Assembly: GCA_009914755.4 (NCBI GenBank)
Contig: CP068257.2
Location: 37,376,001-37,440,000, forward strand
Origin: the human T2T-CHM13v2.0 reference genome, Homo sapiens
DNA: 64,000 bases
Direction of reading: 5' to 3'
Shown: piece by piece, positions 41,885 through 56,197 of the stretch
Layout of the letters: each line of letters opens with the position of its first letter
Numbering within the stretch: the stretch's first letter is position 1
Notes under the pieces: model-generated
The model's input: only the letters and a program-made list of their open reading frames with translations
Told to the model about the DNA's origin: nothing
Database searches by the model: none
Translations under genes and position numbers: made by a program

Positions 41885-42410
41885 TCCCACTGTTAACCCA
41901 GCAATTCCATTTCTGCAACCCTCTACGAAGACCTGTTTCTCACCCAGGCACCCCCGAGGCATAACATGAGAAGTAGCAGATGAGATCTGAGGCCTCAGGG
42001 TCCCCAGGGCTCATCTCCCTGGACATCCATTGTACTGAAAGCCTTTGCAGGTAGGGCTAAATTAATGACTCATTTCACGGATTAGTAATTGAAGACATTA
42101 TTTTAACATTAAAACAAATCAGATCACTTTCAAGAAGAAAGCAACATTCTCCTGAAATTCTAAGAAAAAGGTGAAAACCTCAAAGCTTCTCTTTGGGGGA
42201 TACACTTTGGCAAGATGTTGGAGAATCACTATCCACACCAACAGATCTGAGATATGCGCCGAGATTTATTTACAATGTTCACTGCAGCATAATTGTGCAA
42301 AAAAATGGACACAATCTAAATATCCAACAGTAGCAAATTGGCTCAATCAATTATGATATGATCTCATATGATGAACGGGGTCCATTGAAACTGTTTCCAT
42401 GAAAATAATT
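41885..42410 (+). mobile_element. Old LINE-1 ORF2 3'-region fragment, diverged
   Basis: cccagcaattccatttctgcaaccctctacgaag ... gatttatttacaatgttcactgcagcataattgtgcaaaaaaatggacacaatctaaatatccaacagtagcaaattggctcaatcaattatgatatgatctcatatgatgaac resembles the L1 ORF2 C-terminal region (...attcacaatagccaaaaagtggaaacaacccaaatgtccatcaactgatgaatgg...). Confidence 0.45.
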
Positions 42411-43307
42411 TTAGTTGCAATCACTTTTTTCAACATCTAATGTAATCATGAGAACATATTAGAAAAAGTATCGAGCAGGCAGTCAGCTAAAAGGTTCCCA
42501 GTGGCAGAACAGCTGAAGGCGGTTCTTTTCTCCTTGATACTTTTCTGAACTTTCATTTGCTCCACAGTGACTTTATGATTTTCTACTCAGAAGAAGAAAG
42601 TGTGGGGTTTGTGGCTGCTGTTTGGTTTGGCAGCTCGCTTTGTTTTTGAAAGAGAAGTGGAGCGGAGGGAGCAGCGCTGTTCGTGTAGAGGGCCTTGGGG
42701 AGACGCCTGGGAACGGGGCCCCTTCATGCCTTGTCTGCATGTTAGGAATAGAGACGTGAATATTTTTACATCAGTTTTAACACCTTTGCAGGCCTGTAGG
42801 TTGGAAATAGCTGGTCAATGTCTGGTGCGTCCCAGCATGGGAGGCGCGTCCCTCTCCAGCCCCATGCGACATTCTCGGGGTTGACTTGGGGTCACAGTTG
42901 TCTGCTCCCAGTGTTTGATCAGCTTCATTTCCAAAATGGGTCACTCACAGGGCGGTGTGTGATCATGTGTGCGACGTGGCTCTTCAAAGCTGTTTCCTGG
43001 TTGGGAAATCTTCACACACACACAAAGGTCGAGTCTGCTGTCTGTCCAGCGTTGACGGTGCCTGCCACACCTCACGTCTGCACCCTCTCCTGTCCCCGCC
43101 TCCGGGCCTTCTGCCCATAGCCAGGTGTGACAGCCAGGGCTGCCGCCTCCCGATCAGGCAGTGCACAGCCCTGGGACCCCCAGGGACACAGACCTAAGGG
43201 AAAGTGAGCCCCCAAACCTGCCTTCCAGCCAGCCTGCTTGGAGGAAATGCCCTAGCTTTATTGAACACTTAATTACTTAATAAATATTAGATGATACCAT
43301 TCTCCAC

Positions 43308-43325
43308 AAAAAAAAAAAAAAAAAA
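43308..43325 (+). repeat. A18 run preceded 23 nt upstream by AATAAA (43279-43284)
   Basis: Seen directly: ttaataaatattagatgataccattctccacaaaaaaaaaaaaaaaaaag. Confidence 0.8.
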
Positions 43326-43734
43326 GATTGAAACCCAGAGAGAGATGGGCAAGTCACGAAAACAAGAATAAAGGGGATTATTCTTCAAGGTAACAGGATA
43401 TGAAGAGAAGTGCCCCCAGGCTGGTCCGCTGGAGCATTTAGGACAGCAGAAGAGAGGCCTCTTTATAATCTCCCGACCTGAAATTCACCCTCATCGCTCC
43501 CAGCTTCACATACAACCTGGAACTCCGGGGGAGATGGGGAAAGCCGGGGGGCGGCCCCTGTGACCTGGCTGACCCAGGTCTCATGACAGAATGTGAAAGA
43601 CTCCTTTATTTGTAATTCTCAGTACTCCCAAGTTGTAAGCCCCGATTTTACCTACAGGTACCTTTTGAGTATTTAAAGATGTGCCAAGCACACAGTAGAG
43701 AAGTATCATAGGTGGAGCCCAGGGCAAAGAGCTC

Positions 43735-43915
43735 AGGCCTGAGTAAATCAGCACCATCTCCCACCAGCTGTGTGACCTCAGGTAGGAGATTCAACCTCTC
43801 TGTGCTTCAGACTACACAGCTCCCAAACAGACAGAATTGCCAACCTGCCCCACAGCTATTGTCAGGGTTAAATGAGGGTACATCCATGAAGTGCTCAGAG
43901 TGGGGCGCATCCTGA
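43735..43915 (+). mobile_element. MIR SINE fragment
   Basis: ccagctgtgtgacctcaggtaggagattcaacctctctgtgcttcagactacacagctcccaaacag...gtcagggttaaatgagggtacatccatgaagtgctcagagtggggcgc parallels the MIR core (ctgtgtgaccttgggcaagtcacttaacctctctgagcctcagtttcctcatctgtaaaatggg...gaggattaaatgag...gcgcttagcacagtgcctggcac). Confidence 0.55.
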
Positions 43916-45881
43916 GTGTCACAAAGGTTGGCAGCTGTTATTGTCTTGTTTTGATGGTTGGGTCATCGTCATCATCATCATGATGATTATTATCCCCATT
44001 TCGCAGCAGTGAAAACAAAGGCTCAGGTCAGTCTGATTCCAGGGCTCCTTCTTTCTCATCTCCACTTTGCCTCCACCAATAACACCCAGTGGGGGCCCCA
44101 GTATGAAATTGTCTAACTCCTTACCTTCTTCACTATCTTTTTTCTTTTTCTGTCTCCTTTCCCCACTCTCTTTCCCATCTGTAAGCCAAAAACCCCAACA
44201 TCTAGGAAAAGCCAATCATGAAAAAAGTCATCCTCCCACCAATTTGTGCCTCCAGCCCAGACCTCTCTCCCAAGTTCCCAACTTACATGTCCAACAGCCA
44301 ACTCCACACCTCAGCCTCAGCATCTCACACTCCCTTCGCCCAAGACTAAACTCCTGCTCTTCATACACAACTTGCTGCCTGCAAAGACCTCCCCATCCCC
44401 AGTGACGCCATCCTTTTGGCTGCTCCAGCCAAGAGCCCTGGAGTCCCTGTCCATTCTCCTCTTGCTCTCACTCCCTCCTTCCCCTCTTCCAATTGGTCAG
44501 GAAGTCCTGCTGGCCCTTCCTTCAAAGTAAACCCAGGAGCCAACCACTTATTATCCTCCCGCTCTGCTCGCTCCTGGATTCCTGAACCAACTTCCTGGCA
44601 GTCTCCTAAGGTCAAGTGGCATCTGTCTTCTACTCAGCCTCCTGTGTGGCCCCCATATCACTCAGCGCTAACTGCAGGGGCCTCATCGTGGTCTCCACAA
44701 CCCTGTGTGATGCCTCGCCCACATCTTCCCTCTTCCATCCATGCCTCCTGTCCCCACCGTAGTGGCCTCATTGCCCCAGCTCAGGGGCTTTGTCCCAGCT
44801 GCTCCTTTGCCCTGGAACCCACCTATTGCAGGGAGCTGTTTGGCTTCCCAGCACCTCCTCTAAGCTCATATCCCACCTTCTTTTCCCTCCGGGGCCTACC
44901 CTGACCACCTGCAGTGGGTTGAATCACATCCTCCCCAACATTCATGTCCATGGGGAGCCTGTCATTGTGACTTTATTTGGAAATAGGGTCTTTGCAGATG
45001 TAATTAAGTTAAAGATTTTGCAATGAGATATCCTAGTTTTAGGGTGAGCCTAAATCCAATGATCGGTGTTCTTATAAAAAGAGGATAATACACACAGAGA
45101 TACAGAGACAAGGCCATGTGAAGATGGGGACAGAGACTGGGGTAATGGGGCCACAAGCCAGGGAAGCCTGGAACCACTAGAAGGTGGAGGAGGTAGGGAA
45201 GGATCTTCCCTAGAGCCTGCAGAGGGAATGCAGCCCTGCCAGCAACTCGATTTTCGATTTCCGGCCTCCAGAAGTGTGACAGGATAAATTTCTGTTGTTT
45301 TAAGTCACACAGTTTATGGTGCTTTATCAGGGCAGCCCTAGGACCCAAGTCCACTGTCCTATTGAACATCGAAGCCTGTCCCACCCCTCGATCCCCATAG
45401 CCCCACGTCTTCCTGCCAGTCTCTGCCACTTCTTTGTCCTCGTGCAGTTACCACTGCTGGCACGTGCTGTCATTTCTGCCCAACTGTGCTTATTTTTATC
45501 AGCTGTCTCCCCACACTGGGACCAAAGGGCTATGAGAGAAACTTCTTTGTCTTGATGAGCCTGGCAGTTCACAGGGCTGAATCAATATCTGTTCAATCAA
45601 TAATGGAATAATAAACAAACTCCTAAGGAATTGGAAAGGACCAGAAAACCCTTTCAGAATCTACATGAACTATCCATCTTCCTCCTCAGCCACCTTCATT
45701 TAACTTCATCAAACTGACAGCCAGCTTTGAAAACTAATGCTTTCTAGTTTTTGTTCTATTGAGTTTAGTGACAAGCATCGCAATAGTGATTGTATCTACT
45801 ATACTTCCCTGCACATTCCCTGTGTGGCTGGTAGAATCAATCAGCTCTTCTACAGCAAGATGGAAGAGTACTTGTCACTAA

Positions 45882-45981
45882 ACCCAGGAAGCAGAGGTTG
45901 CAGTGAGCTGAGATCATGCCACTGCACTCCAGCCTGGGTGACAGAGCAAGACTCCATCTCAAAAAAAGAAAAGAAAAGAAA
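45882..45981 (+). mobile_element. Alu 3'-terminal fragment (~100 bp) with A-rich tail
   Basis: aacccaggaagcagaggttgcagtgagctgagatcatgccactgcactccagcctgggtgacagagcaagactccatctcaaaaaaagaaaagaaaagaaa. Confidence 0.8.
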
Positions 45982-48900
45982 CACTGCAGAGAGCTGCTGG
46001 TGGAAAGCGTCCCTCGTCACGCCCCCTCCCAGGCTCCCCATTGCGTGGGATCTAGTGTGGTGCACTGTGCCCCACCCAGCACAGGCAAAGAAGAGAAACT
46101 GATCTTACCAGCCACTCAGGGTCCTTTCACAACCACACACCTCAAAGAAGGATAAAGCCATCCATGAGTAACCCCAAGTCACCATAAGAGGTGCCCTTAC
46201 TTCAGAGCTAACCTAGCCTCTGGGAGCCAAAAAGAGCAAAGAAAGCCCCAAGACACGGATCTCAGCCCTTTGTCACTGGATGGTGTCCTCCCAGCCTGCT
46301 CACTCCTATGGGGCAGGGGGCCAGAAGCAGGGGACAGCTTCCCTCTAAGATCTGCACAAAGAACACTAGGAGGGCATTTGGGCAGTGAGTTGTCACCTAC
46401 AGATCAGAGGTTGAACGAGCTCACTGGGACCTCCCTTGGCTCCAGTTCACTAAGGAACATGAAATGCTTTAGGGAGCATGGAGTACATACGCTGGGAAGA
46501 AAAGATCCCCAGCAAAGCAAGGAGAGCCAGTGCCAACATCGAATGGTGACCGGAAAGGCTAACATCCATTTATCCAGCAAGTCAGGCCGCCTCGGAGCCC
46601 TCTGCCTGCCCCAGGCCGCTATTCCCAGGCCAACCCAGGGCCTCTCCTTCTGGTGCAGGGGTTCTCAAGATGGCGCCCCCTCCTGGTTCTAGGTGGGCAA
46701 GGGTCAGGCCCTCCTACCTGGGTCCCTCAGTCCTGTCCACGTTCCAGGGTCTCAACCTCAGCCAGGGGCCTGGAGGGGCCTCTTGAGGACACTCATCTGT
46801 ACCCTGGTCTCCTCTCTAGCTGCCCCACTTTCAGCCTACAGGTTGACTCATTGGGAAATGATTCCTACGTCATTTCCTGCATCCTCTCTGCTTTATGGAG
46901 AATCTGTGATGTCTGAACAGGAGGCCTGGCCCTGGGGCCTGTCTCTGACAACATCCCGACTCCTCTGAAAGGTGCAAATGACACGTCCTTCTCTGCAGAA
47001 CTTCTGTCTTGGCTGGGCTGTGGTAGCCAAAGCCCCTGGGCTTCACGTTCTTCTAGAGAAGTGCCTGCCATGCCCAGCCTAGAAGGCTGGCTCCCAACGC
47101 TAAAAGGAAGCTTTTCTCTCTTAAGAACCCAGCTTTGTAAATAAAAGCCTCCTGTGTCGTTATTATTGTTCTTTTAGGTAATTTTTTTCAAGTTGGCATT
47201 TTGAAATAATTTCAAATTTACTGAAGAGTTGCAAAAATAATACAGAAATGTCCTATATAAACTTTGCCTACCTCCACCGATGTCTTAAAATTATTAACAG
47301 CATTGTTAACACAATCATCCCGTCTTAGCCTCAGTTTCACTTTCTGAGGTTTCAGTTACCCGCCATCAACTGTTGTCCAAAAATATTAAGATATTTTGAG
47401 AGAGACAGAGGGAGAGAGAGATCATATTTACATAACCTTTAGTACAGTACATAGAAATCATATTTACATAATCTTCAGTACAGTATATTGTTATAATTTT
47501 TCTATTTCATTATTTATTATTGTTATCGATCTCTTACTGTGCCTAATTTACAAATGAAACTTTATCATAGGTATGTGCATATAGGAAAAAAACATACAAT
47601 GTGTAGGGTCCAGTACTCTCTGAGGTCTCAGGCAGCCCCCGGGAGTCTTGGAACAGATCTCCATGGATAAAGAGGGCTGCCATATTTGAGGAAAGGAAAA
47701 TGCATGAAGTAACATTTCCAACTTTTGTCTCGTCAACTAAACTGAAACTTTGACACACGTCTATGTAATAGAATGAGAAACATGTGCTTCTGAAACATTT
47801 TGAAAGTGATGCTTTTCTGTCAGTACTCAACCCTTTTCTTTCAAGACTCTCATGCTTGAGATATCTACAAAGCCCATATACATTCCTCACCTGCATTTAA
47901 AAAGCCGCTACTGTCCATTCCTCACCCTTTGTTGCTTGAGAGCTTCCCCAGAGATGTAAGCCAACCATGCTACCCCTCAGAAGCTAAACAGCACCTCCTT
48001 CTTGTAGGAGCTCCTTTAGGGGTGACTCGGGCTCCAACCTAATGGATTTGCACACTCAGGCACTCTCTCGGGGCATGTTCACAGCACATGAAACCTGTCC
48101 AAAGACAACTATTAAAATTCTAAAATTCCACCCTCTGTCCAACAAGTTTCTGAACACTTGGTCTCTATGCCTCCCTGCTAAAAACCAAGCTAAAGAGATG
48201 AACCATGGATCAATAGAGGTTTGCTTTGCTGAGCCAACTAGTGAGGACTTGGGTTGGTGCCTTTCTGCATTTATCATGGTTACATGGTCATTAAGGGTGA
48301 CATTTGTTAAAACTGAAAAGTCATTAACCCCAGGGGCAGGACTGCCCCCGGTTCACAGTGGGGCTATTCCCTGTCTAGAAAAATGAAGGGGTTTTAGTTA
48401 AAAGGATTTGAGCTGCTTGCCATCTGGATTTTATTTTGCTTTTCTATTATTTTTAAGCAGATTTAATGTTTGAATGGGTAATGCATCTACATGATATCAA
48501 AAAGTTTAAGAAGGTGTATATATGAGCAGTTCCTTCCCTTTCCTCTCTCACAGTCACGTTATTCCCACCATGGCCTATGAGTTTCCATTCTTAATAGACG
48601 GTTTTATAGTCTTCAAAGGTTACTACACGAATACAAGCAAAGGTATACTCCCGCCCCCACCACAAAGACTGGCACTCTACAAAACTTGCTCTGTGCCTTC
48701 ATTTTTGATTTAACACTACTTCTTGGAAATTTTTCCCCAATGGTACAAGAAAACACATTTTTGTTTGTTTCAGCCCTATTGTATTCCATTTATATAGACA
48801 ACATACTTAACTAGTCTTCTCTTAGGGGACAATTACATGGTTGCCAACACTGCAATTATAAAACGACACAAATCTATGTGTCAGATGGTATCTGTTCACT

Positions 48901-49637
48901 AGCGACTAGGATGGTGCCAGAGGAGGGCACGGAAATGGTAAACAAATCACATGTGGGGGGACCCTCAAAGGCTGTGTCTCAGTTGTGAAAAACAGATTTT
49001 CATCAGGCAGTACACATCTATACTCCATTTTACACTTTAGATGGAGCTAAAGATGTTTCCCTCTCCACCTGAGTTCTGCCAGAAATGTGTCTGAGAATTT
49101 GCCCCCAGTCTAAGGACATGAAACCCCTTGTTCCCAATATACAAGCATGGAGGGGCACCACAGATTAAAGTAAGATCAATGTTACCAGAACAATAAAAGG
49201 GCTCGCTAGCACCTTTAAATTTCCACTAATACTTTATTATTTTTACTCCAAACCCTTTGTTACGTTAAGAGACAGCAAATTCCAAAGAACAAACTAATTT
49301 TAGCCAGAGAGAGCACAAGCAACATGCCTATCCGGGAGGAAGTGCTCAGGAAATGATAGCTTCAGATAATACACCACCCATATCCTACTTCCTATAGTCA
49401 GAAAAAAAGAGCACTAAAAAGTCCCTCAAAACACACAAAGAAACACTAAAAGGAAAGTCCAATGCCTGCAGCCCACCTCAGTTTCCTTCAGTCCCCAATT
49501 TCTAGGTTAATGCTCCAAGATCACAGCCAGACTTCAGGCCCAGGCCTCACCATAGCACTAGATGTTGCTTCTAGAATCAAGCACTGAGTGGCTTCTAGAA
49601 CTGAGGCACTACATCAAACCTTCAGAAAGGCCAACGC

Positions 49638-50154
49638 CCGTGGTTCTCAAAGTGTGGTCAGGCCAGGGACCCCTGGGAGTCCCCAGACCCTTTCAGGGTC
49701 CCCATAAGGTCAAATGATTTTTATAATCATACTAAGATGTCATCTACCCTTTCCACCCTTACTCTGTAAGTGTGCAGTGGAGTTTTCCAGAAGTTTTGTG
49801 ATGTGTGGTAGTGCAACAGATTGAGTACAGAGTCAGATAGGAGAATCTAGCCATCTTCCAGCTGTTAAAGAGACTTGAAAAAATGTAAAATCATACTGCT
49901 CTTCTTATTAGACCATTTTGCCCTTAAAAATTTAGGGTTTTTTAAATAAAAATGTTATTTATATCAACATGTAATAAGTTTATTATGTTAAATGAATAAA
50001 TGTTTTTAAATGTCTTAATTCCACTTTCTAATATGGTAAAAAAAAAAATGCTCAGCTTACCATAATACACACACACAAAAAAAAGCTCTTTGCTGTCTTC
50101 AATAATTTTTGAAAATGTAAAGGGGTCCCAAAAACAAAAAGTTGAGAACCACTG
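49638..50154. mobile_element. hAT-like non-autonomous DNA transposon with ~14-bp imperfect terminal inverted repeats
   Basis: The left end gtggttctcaaagtgtggtcaggccagggacccctgggagtccccagaccctttcagggtccccataaggtcaaatgatttttataatcatactaagatg and the right end ...caataatttttgaaaatgtaaaggggtcccaaaaacaaaaagttgagaaccactg are mutual reverse complements over cagtggttctcaa. The interior is AT-rich and non-coding. The family name is not assigned. Confidence 0.5.
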
Positions 50155-51850
50155 CCTCTACAAGAAATGAAGGTATGCCGATGATCAGCTCATTACCATG
50201 AAGTGCTAGGGGGTCAGTGAGCCTGCTTTCTCAGGTCACTCTTCCCTTCTTCATTTTCCTAGCACACAGCACAGTGCCTGCCCGGGGTGGGTGTCCCATG
50301 CATGACAGAGGAAAGGAGGGACAGCATAAGGAAAGCAGGAAGACCTTTCCATTGATTATTATTGAATAACACAACTAAGTCAAATCTAGAAAAACTCTCT
50401 GAAAGTAAATGGCAAGTTATTCTGGGTGCCCTGCTTACCAGTGAGGAAAACAGACAAATGGAAAGAGGTGTGGGAATAGATGGGGAAGAGGAGGGACGGG
50501 TGCATGTGAATGGAATGTTCACCACCAGCAGGGATTGCCCAGCACATCTGGCCCATCCCTCTTCCCATTCACTGCTCTACAAAGAGCTTCCCCACATCAC
50601 CCACCACTACCCCCAGCAGTGGGCACCCAAGTGTGTGCAGCTTCCCGGGACCACCCTTCACACCACACACACACATCCTCACCCATGTCCCAAGCATTGA
50701 ATCCCTGCCCAGCAGCACCACAGCTGCAGAACGGAGCATCTGTGCCAACTTGGATTAAGTGTCCCCATGTGCTCTCAGCCTTCTGCCCCATCTGCACCTC
50801 CAAAGCAAGGCCGGAGGGCTGCTCTATCCACTCACCCACCAATGCTGAGTATAGATGGCTTTCTTGTGTGGCCTAATGGATTTGAAGTGATATCTTCTTC
50901 TTGTCTTTGCCCCTCTCTCATTCCTAATGAGAGTCTCCTCATATGCTTGGGTATTTGGGGAAGGTTACCTCTCTTGTAAATTACCGTTTCTATCGTTCAC
51001 CCATTTTCCCATTAGAATTCCTGCTTTCTTTTATCAATGTGTAGGTATTTCTCAGATATTCTTGATTTATTTTAGTTATGGACATAACCTTCTGCAAGCT
51101 GACACCCTCTCCAAATCCACCATCTTTCCCTAACTTTGTCTTATGGACAACAACATTTTAACATTTTTTAATAATATCTTTTGCATTTTTGTTCACTAAT
51201 CCTTTCCCATTCCTAGGACCAAAGATATGATTCTACATTTTTTCCTACTGAATTTATGATTTTACCTTTCACTTTTAGGTCTTTAGTCCAGCTGGAGTCA
51301 AAGTTTCTAATGAAGCATTTTTTAATTACAAGACAAACAGGGCAGTAGCCAATTATAAAATCTAGGCATTTCCTCAGCAGTCATGACATGCAGAGGGTCA
51401 TGGTTTTGAGCCTGTACCTCTGGGGATTGTTCTGCAGGTGTAATGGCTACCTTCATATGTCAACTTGCCTGGGCCATGAGGAGCCCAGATATTTGGTTAA
51501 ACATGATTCTGGCTGTGTCTGTGACGATGTTTTGAAAGAGATGAACGTTGGATTCAGTAGACTGAGTAAAGCAACCAGCTCCCTTATGCCAGTGGGCCTC
51601 ATCCAATCAGCCAAAGGCCTGCATAGAACAGAAAGGCTGACTTTCCAAGAATAAGGAGGAACTCTTCTCTGCCTGGCTGTCTTCAAGCTAGAGCACCAGT
51701 TTTTTCCAGCCTTCAGACTCAGGCTGGAACCACATCCTTTGTTCTCCTGGGTCTCCAGCTTGCCTGCTGCAAACCTCCATGACCACATGAGCCAACTCCT
51801 TATAATAAATATAAATCTCTTCATTTAAGGAGCATATGAGATATATGTAT

Positions 51851-51893
51851 ACACACACACAAGCACGTACACACACACACACACACACACACA
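51851..51893. repeat. (CA)n microsatellite
   Basis: acacacacacaagcacgtacacacacacacacacacacacacacaatc is seen directly. Confidence 0.9.
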
Positions 51894-52743
51894 ATCTGTC
51901 CTGTTTCCCTGGAGATCCCTAATACAGTGGATATATTCAAAATTCAAGTGGCTGATGGCACTAGTGATGATGATATTTGCAATTCTGGCTGGTGGCACCA
52001 GAGAGGAAACTTTAACAGAGCTGTTCCATTCAGACCACCTGGAAGAACATTGTTGTCTTATCATGAACAGCCCCACTGAACACCACCATCTTTGGGCTCA
52101 TTTTGGTCCATAGTTTCCAATAAAAATGAATGCAGGTTCATATGTGTTAGGAATGGGTGTCACCTGGGAAGTGTGTGAAACACATCCATGTTTCAATAAC
52201 CGGAGCCTGCAGTCACTAGGACCTGGGTGAGCATTCTGCACACTTCATCCTGTGGTCTCACTGGTGGCCTAAGTTCCCATTCAAGCCTCAATGGAGACAC
52301 TCCAGGAAATGCTGAGACATGACCAGTGAACACAGAGGGACACATCACACCTGGAGAAGCCTCCCGAAGGTCATTGGCTGAATTTCCTTCCAGCACCAGC
52401 TTCAAAAAGCGATTCTTGTGTGACTTTGAGCCCAGGCTTTGTTGGGGAACATGGTGGCAACTTGACTTCTTTAAATCCAACTGAGGCAAAGTCAGACCCA
52501 CTGTCAGAGACTCTCACTATCAAAGCTGTAGCCAGATGTCAGGTGGAGTTCCCCCTTCCCCTCAGGCCTAGAGGAAGTGGGCCTAAACCCCCAGCTCCAT
52601 GTGGACTGTGGCAATACCAGGCCCTGTCCATCATCTCCGATGGTTCCTAAGGTTACAGCCTCAGAGTCCCAGTGCCTGGACACGTACTCCTGTATGCACT
52701 GTCTCTGTCTCCATCTGTGTTGACCTGGCTGGAACACACAACC

Positions 52744-52830
52744 TATATATATATATAACTACATACGACTATATATATAACTATGTATATAACAATATAT
52801 GCATAACTATATATATAAAATATATATAAT
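52744..52830. repeat. (TA)n-rich imperfect microsatellite. A second short (TA)n lies at ~52957-52980.
   Basis: ctatatatatatataactacatacgactatatatataactatgtatataacaatatatgcataactatatatataaaatatatataatgg. Confidence 0.8.
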
Positions 52831-54009
52831 GGAATATTATTCAGCCCTAAAAAAGAATGAGATCTTACAATTTGCCACAACATGGATGAGCCTGATAAGC
52901 CAGACACAGAGAGAATATTGCACGAACTTACTTATACGTGGAACTCAAAAAAATCAAATATATATATATATATATAATGTTTATTTATCCCTTCATCCAT
53001 TGATAAACACTTGGGTTGTTTCTGTATCTTAGCTACTGTGAATATTATTCCCAATGGCATCTTTTCTCCTAAGGATACTAATCCTATAAGATTAGGGTCT
53101 CACACTTAAGACCTTGTTTAACTGTAAGTACCTCTTTAGAGGCTCCAAATATAGCCACAGTGGTTGTTGGGGGTTTAACAAATGCATTTGTGACACACAA
53201 ACATTCAGCCCACAACATGGTCTTTTACCACTTCATGCTACCTCTCTGCACCAATATATCAACATGCAAAAGTGACATTAATATTTTAGGTATTTTCAGT
53301 CACAACATCCTAAACTGAGACTCAGGTCTTCACTGACCTAAACAGTTTTTCATTTAAACTTCTTTTGTTTAACTTTTTCTTATTTATGAAGGAGAGACAT
53401 TGGAAACACTCAGATGCAGGAATCCAAGTTAGGAAGATAGAGCCAATTGTTTGCTTGATGATTTCCAAGAATTCTTTGTACCTTTGAGCCTCTCTTTCAA
53501 TTCTCTAACAGGTTTAGATATTACAAATATTTTCTCCCAGTCTGACACTTGCCTCTTCACTTTATCGAAGGTTCCCTATCTTGGACAGAAACTCTTCATT
53601 TTAATGTGATCGATAGGATACTGACGTGATCAGGACAGATACATTTGGAAGGACAAAGAACAACTTGCAATTTTCCTTTGATAGGCTAACCCCCACAGTG
53701 CCAGCCATGCCCAGTAAATCTATTCCACATTCAGAACACTGTAGACTTAAAATATTCCCAAAAGAATATTGAGACTTCAAATCAATGAAAGATAGGAACA
53801 AGAGGAAAATAAGACTTGCTCCCAGCTGTGAAAGACATAATCTTCTAATATACTGGTTCTCTTGCAAAGCAGAAATCATTTTTCTCAGTTCATCGGAGTC
53901 ATAGGTGTTCTCACCACAGGAGAAAATTTGAAATGCAAGGGGTGGGACTTCACATGGCCAAGTGATTTCATGCAAAAGCTCCTGGGATTCACAGATAGGC
54001 AGGGCCTGA

Positions 54010-54395
<386 letters not shown>

Positions 54396-55686
54396 TAAGA
54401 GGGTCCCTGGGTCTCAGGGGGAAGGCAGGTGGGCAAACGAGTAAATGAAACATAGCAGACTTCACCCTGGAGAAACAAGGGGCCATGAGAACGTGCCAAA
54501 GGCAGCAGCTCCCAGTCAAGAGACCCAAAGATGCTTTCAGAGGGAAGGGAAATCTGAGCTAGGTTTTGAAAAATGAAAGACAACAAAGAAGAGTAGTCCC
54601 ACCTGTGGGCCTTGGAACAGACGGACACAGTGCAATCCAGCTTCCAGAACTTTCCATGTGTGGGGTGAGGAAGTGAGGAAGTCGTGCCTCACAGTGTCTT
54701 TTTTTTAATATTTTCAAGTTTTTTTTCTACTTTTTATTTTACCTTTTTTATTGTGGTAAATTATACTTAACGTAAAATTTATATCTTAAGCGTTTTAAGT
54801 GCACAGTTCAGCAGCATTAAACACATTCAGGCTGTTGGGCAGCCATCACCACCATCCATCCACAGAACTTTTTCATCACCCCAAACTGAAACTTGTATCC
54901 ATTAATCACTCCCCTTTCCCTCCCAGCCCCTGGCACCCACCATTCTACTTTCTATCTCTATGGATTTGACTGTTCCAGGAACCTCATACAAGTGGAATCA
55001 TATATATGGTTTTCTGTGATTGGTTTATTTCACTTATCATAATGTCCTCAAGGTTCATGCATGTTGCAGCATGTGTCAGCATTTCCTTCTTTTTCAAGGC
55101 TGAATAATATTATTACGTGGATGGACCACATCTTGCTTCTCCATTCATCTGTCAAAGGACACTTGGGTTGCTTCCACCTCTCGGCTTCTGTGAATGACGT
55201 GTCTGTACACGGCAGTGGACCCAGGCCTGCCCATGTCCCCGCCACTCCTCATAGCACCTACCCCTGACCTCGGCGCCGGGGGTCTCCCCTGCATTTGTGT
55301 GGTGTCTCTGATCATGCTGGTTCCTAGACATTCACCCTTCAGTCCCAGTGGTAGCAATGCTGACTTTGTGCCTCTTCCGCAGCCCCTCTGTACTCATCTG
55401 AGGAGGTGACTATTCCAGGAAATGCTCCAGAACAATTCTCTGCAGAATGCCCCAGGCCCTGGCAGCTGGAAAGGACATCTGAGTCTTCTCTTCCTGAGCA
55501 AGCATGCATTTCAAGGAGGGAAGGTCAGATGACACAGTACCAACCCACCTTCTGAATGTCCCAGAGAAGCCATTGCCAGGCAATATTTTTAGGACCTCCA
55601 TGAGCAGAGAACAGCATTTTTTCCTGGAGGTTATTAGCAGGCTCAGTGCAATGCAAACATCAGATAACAGCATTGCACTCTATAAA

Positions 55687-55712
55687 GTGTGTGTGTGTGT
55701 GTGTGTGTGTGT
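55687..55712. repeat. (GT)13 microsatellite
   Basis: aagtgtgtgtgtgtgtgtgtgtgtgtgtatac is seen directly. Confidence 0.9.
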
Positions 55713-56197
55713 ATACATGTGATGCAGACTGGCACCCAACAGCAAAAGACCTCCATGTAGCCTGGGCCACCAGGCCACAAGAATGACTCTCTAGGGATCA
55801 TATGTCCCAAGAGCAAGCTCAATGCTCCTCTAACTGGACAATTCCCACCCACCCCTGGGATGAGCCAGCATGACTGTGCCATTGATACCTGGAGCAGGAA
55901 TTCAACCTGAAGATCTAGGGGTGGGGCGGGATTCCGATGGAGGGAAGAAGAGTGAAGTGTTTAATTGGTGATCAATATATGCATATCAAGAACAAACAAC
56001 TACAGTATGAGGTGGAATACAAAAATTCTCACGAATTTGTGCAGAACATGAGAAAGCATCTATCTGTTTAAACAGCCTCCAAGGACAGTGCCATATTGGT
56101 ACCAGAAAGAAGGAACGGTCCTGCTCCTTTATTCCTTCCTCTCCTGGCCCCTCCCCTCCCTGGAGACAGGTAGGGGGAGGGGAGAGGAGGAAGGAGC

